The position numbers were made by a program, and so were the translations under genes. From Malacoraja senta (lineage: Eukaryota): a stretch of DNA of 64,000 bases. Below, in pieces: positions 61,657-64,000 of this stretch. The notes below the pieces were generated by a model. That model made no database searches. It had not been told where the DNA came from and worked only from the letters and a program-made list of their open reading frames with translations. The DNA is taken from NCBI GenBank assembly GCA_038087875.1, contig CM075988.1:17796001-17860000 (forward strand), in the 5' to 3' direction. How positions within the stretch are numbered: the stretch's first letter is position 1; every line of letters begins with the position of its first letter.

Positions 61657-61834
61657 GGGCGGCACGGTGACTCAGCGATACAGTTGCTGCCTTACAATGC
61701 CAGGGGAAAGGTTAATTTGGCTTTGTTAAAATTGTCCCTAGTCTGTAGGATAATGCTGGTGTACGAGGATCGCTGGTCAGCGTGGACTCGACGGGCTGAA
61801 GGGCCTGTTTCTGCGCTGCATCTCTAAACTAAAA
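61657..61834 (+). mobile_element. HE1-like SINE with internal deletion of the B box and V-domain
   Basis: Head ggcacggtgactcagcg joins almost directly to ggttaatttggc and the tail. Confidence 0.75.
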
Positions 61835-62703
61835 CATGCTATTATTTGAAAAATTTGATCCAACCCAGCACAAATACATTGATCTTTCAAAATTGCACAG
61901 CACTTCAATTAATTGTCAAATATACACGGACAGCATCAGGAGTCTAATAAACAATGCAATCAGTGGTGTGATGAGGATTGTCTGGAAATTGAGCCCCAGT
62001 AGAAAATGATGGAATGAATACTTTATTGTCACATGTTACAAGTCACAATGATATTCTTTGTTTTGCATACCTTGGGTATGCAAAGAGGCACCACCTAAAG
62101 GGTGCCGACGAAGTTACAAAGTATCCCACACCAGGTCCTCTTGCGTTCTCCCCCCCTCCCCTCCCGGCAGTCCCCCCACGCCGGCTCCTCCTTTGTAGCA
62201 GCTGTGCGTCCACTCCTCTGCTGGAGTGTTCCACCTCACCGTGCGCCCAGCTCCAAAACGAAGGCGGAGGATCGAGGCAATCACATCTCCTCTCTTGTCT
62301 CATGCCAAGCATTGGTGCGGACACCAGCAAGGAAATATATTCCTGGAGTATATTTCCCCACTGCTGGTTCATTATTTAAACAAGCTGATGAGTCTTCGTA
62401 AACAGGGATTTAAAAATAGAATTACAGCTTAAATCATCAACTGGTGATGATTTTAAAATCTTAAGTGGGCTGTAGAGAAACAACTAAGTCACAGATGACT
62501 CAATTCTCCAGCGATTGCAGTGGCCATGAGAGGCACAGTGTTCAGTTCTGGTCAGGGCCAGTGACAGGGGTACAATCTACACGAGGAAAGGTCACCAAAC
62601 AGAAACATATTTGTCAGCACTGTGTCTCCTCAGTGTTCAAACGATTTAATGATCATTTTATGATTCATACGAGGCAAAAATTCTAAAGAAACCAATAGCT
62701 GTT

Positions 62704-62706
<3 letters not shown>

Positions 62707-62736
<30 letters not shown>
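62707..62736. repeat. (CT)n microsatellite
   Basis: Direct reading. Confidence 0.9.
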
Positions 62737-62739
<3 letters not shown>

Positions 62740-64000
62740 CTCATCCATCTCAGATGATCATCCTGATAACCCAAATCTGCCACAGTTGACCGATCCTTTT
62801 CACAAACCACTAACGTCTACAGGTCTCGGGGTTTGGATTTCTCATCCAGGTTCTGAAGACTCGGCCACAGTCTGAGGCTCCACGACAAGAACATGCTCCC
62901 TCCTCACCTTCACTGAGACCTTTCAAAAGACCCTTTCCATTTTACTCTTTCCCCATTTCCTATTTAAACTCGAAGGTAGACACCAAATGCTGGAGTAACT
63001 CAGCGGGTGAGGCAGCATCTCTGGAGAGACAGAACGGGCAATGTTTTAGGTCGAGACCCTTCTTCAGACTGATCTTACTCCTATTTAAACTCACTTGCCC
63101 ATTATTTTCCGTACTCCGAAGCATCTCACCCAAAGGTGGAGGGGGCATACAGCACTTGGTGTCCTTTTTTGTAAACCAGCATGTATGATTCCTTGTTTCG
63201 AGGTGGTGTGGGGATTCTCAAACTGCCAGACGGTGGCCATTTGCTGTTTGCTACTTTACTGCCACATTGCAACAGGGACGGAGAGTGAAGATTAGTTCCT
63301 TCTCGCGGTGTCTGAGAGTGAGGTGTAAGCTATTGACACCTCTGTCCTTGCTCCACCAACCTGCCCGACCACAGAACCACTGTTCTACCACGGCCCATCT
63401 CCAGCCAAGAAAACACTAGTGAACAGAAGGTGCGTTTCAACGTGGAGGGGTGATCTCCACACTCTGCCGAAGCGAGTAAATTGACCGGGCAGATCTCACC
63501 GTGATCAGGCATCAACACTGAGGTTGCCACGGCACAAGTGTGGCGTGCAGATGAGGTCTGTCGCCATGGTAACACAGCGCACTCCCACTGCACAGCCTTT
63601 CGTTCGAGCTCAGAGCCTTGTTCCTTTCTCCTGCTCAGAGGCGGCAGCTTGCAGTGTGAGAGTCATGGAGTCATCGAGTGACACCATGGGGAAGAAGATA
63701 CAGGAGCCTGAGAGCCATGACCTCCAGGTTCAAGAACAGCTTCTTCTTCCCAGCAACCATCAGCCTCTTGAACACTACACAACACTAACCTCGAGTCACA
63801 GAGTCACACAGCGGGGAAAGAGGCTCACACCGCCCAACATGTCTCCGCTACACTAGTCCCACCTGTCCGGGTTTGGCCCATATCCCTCCAAACCCGTCAT
63901 ATCCATATACCTGTCTAACTGCTCCTTACATGTTGGGAGCTGACTGTGTGACCGATTGCCCAGCTGACTAAACTGCACCCCCCCCCCCTCCCTCCTGCAC

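Overview
Vertebrate genomic DNA. The repeat families (HE1-like V-SINEs, HER1/CR1 LINEs, Penelope-type termini) point to a cartilaginous fish, probably a skate or ray; this is inference. Bases ~6.7-15.5 kb hold the last four coding exons and 3' UTR of a PP2A scaffold A-subunit gene on the + strand, with residues closer to PPP2R1B than PPP2R1A. The first of these exons carries an extra C that frameshifts it into a stop codon, most likely an assembly homopolymer error. After a 200-N gap (19306-19505) the remaining ~44 kb has no host exon I can recognise and is a mosaic of transposable elements. Highlights: (1) a structurally complete 1.46 kb non-autonomous Helitron carrying two copies of a TATA + initiator + first exon + splice donor cassette; (2) an abundant Penelope-type repeat whose conserved core matches a minimal hammerhead ribozyme and which often forms inverted pairs; (3) a Tc1 remnant, two Harbinger-like MITEs, a DIRS-like end and a possible captured first exon. 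Nearly all ORFs in the supplied track are spurious or derived from repeats. Repeat coordinates are approximate unless termini are quoted.
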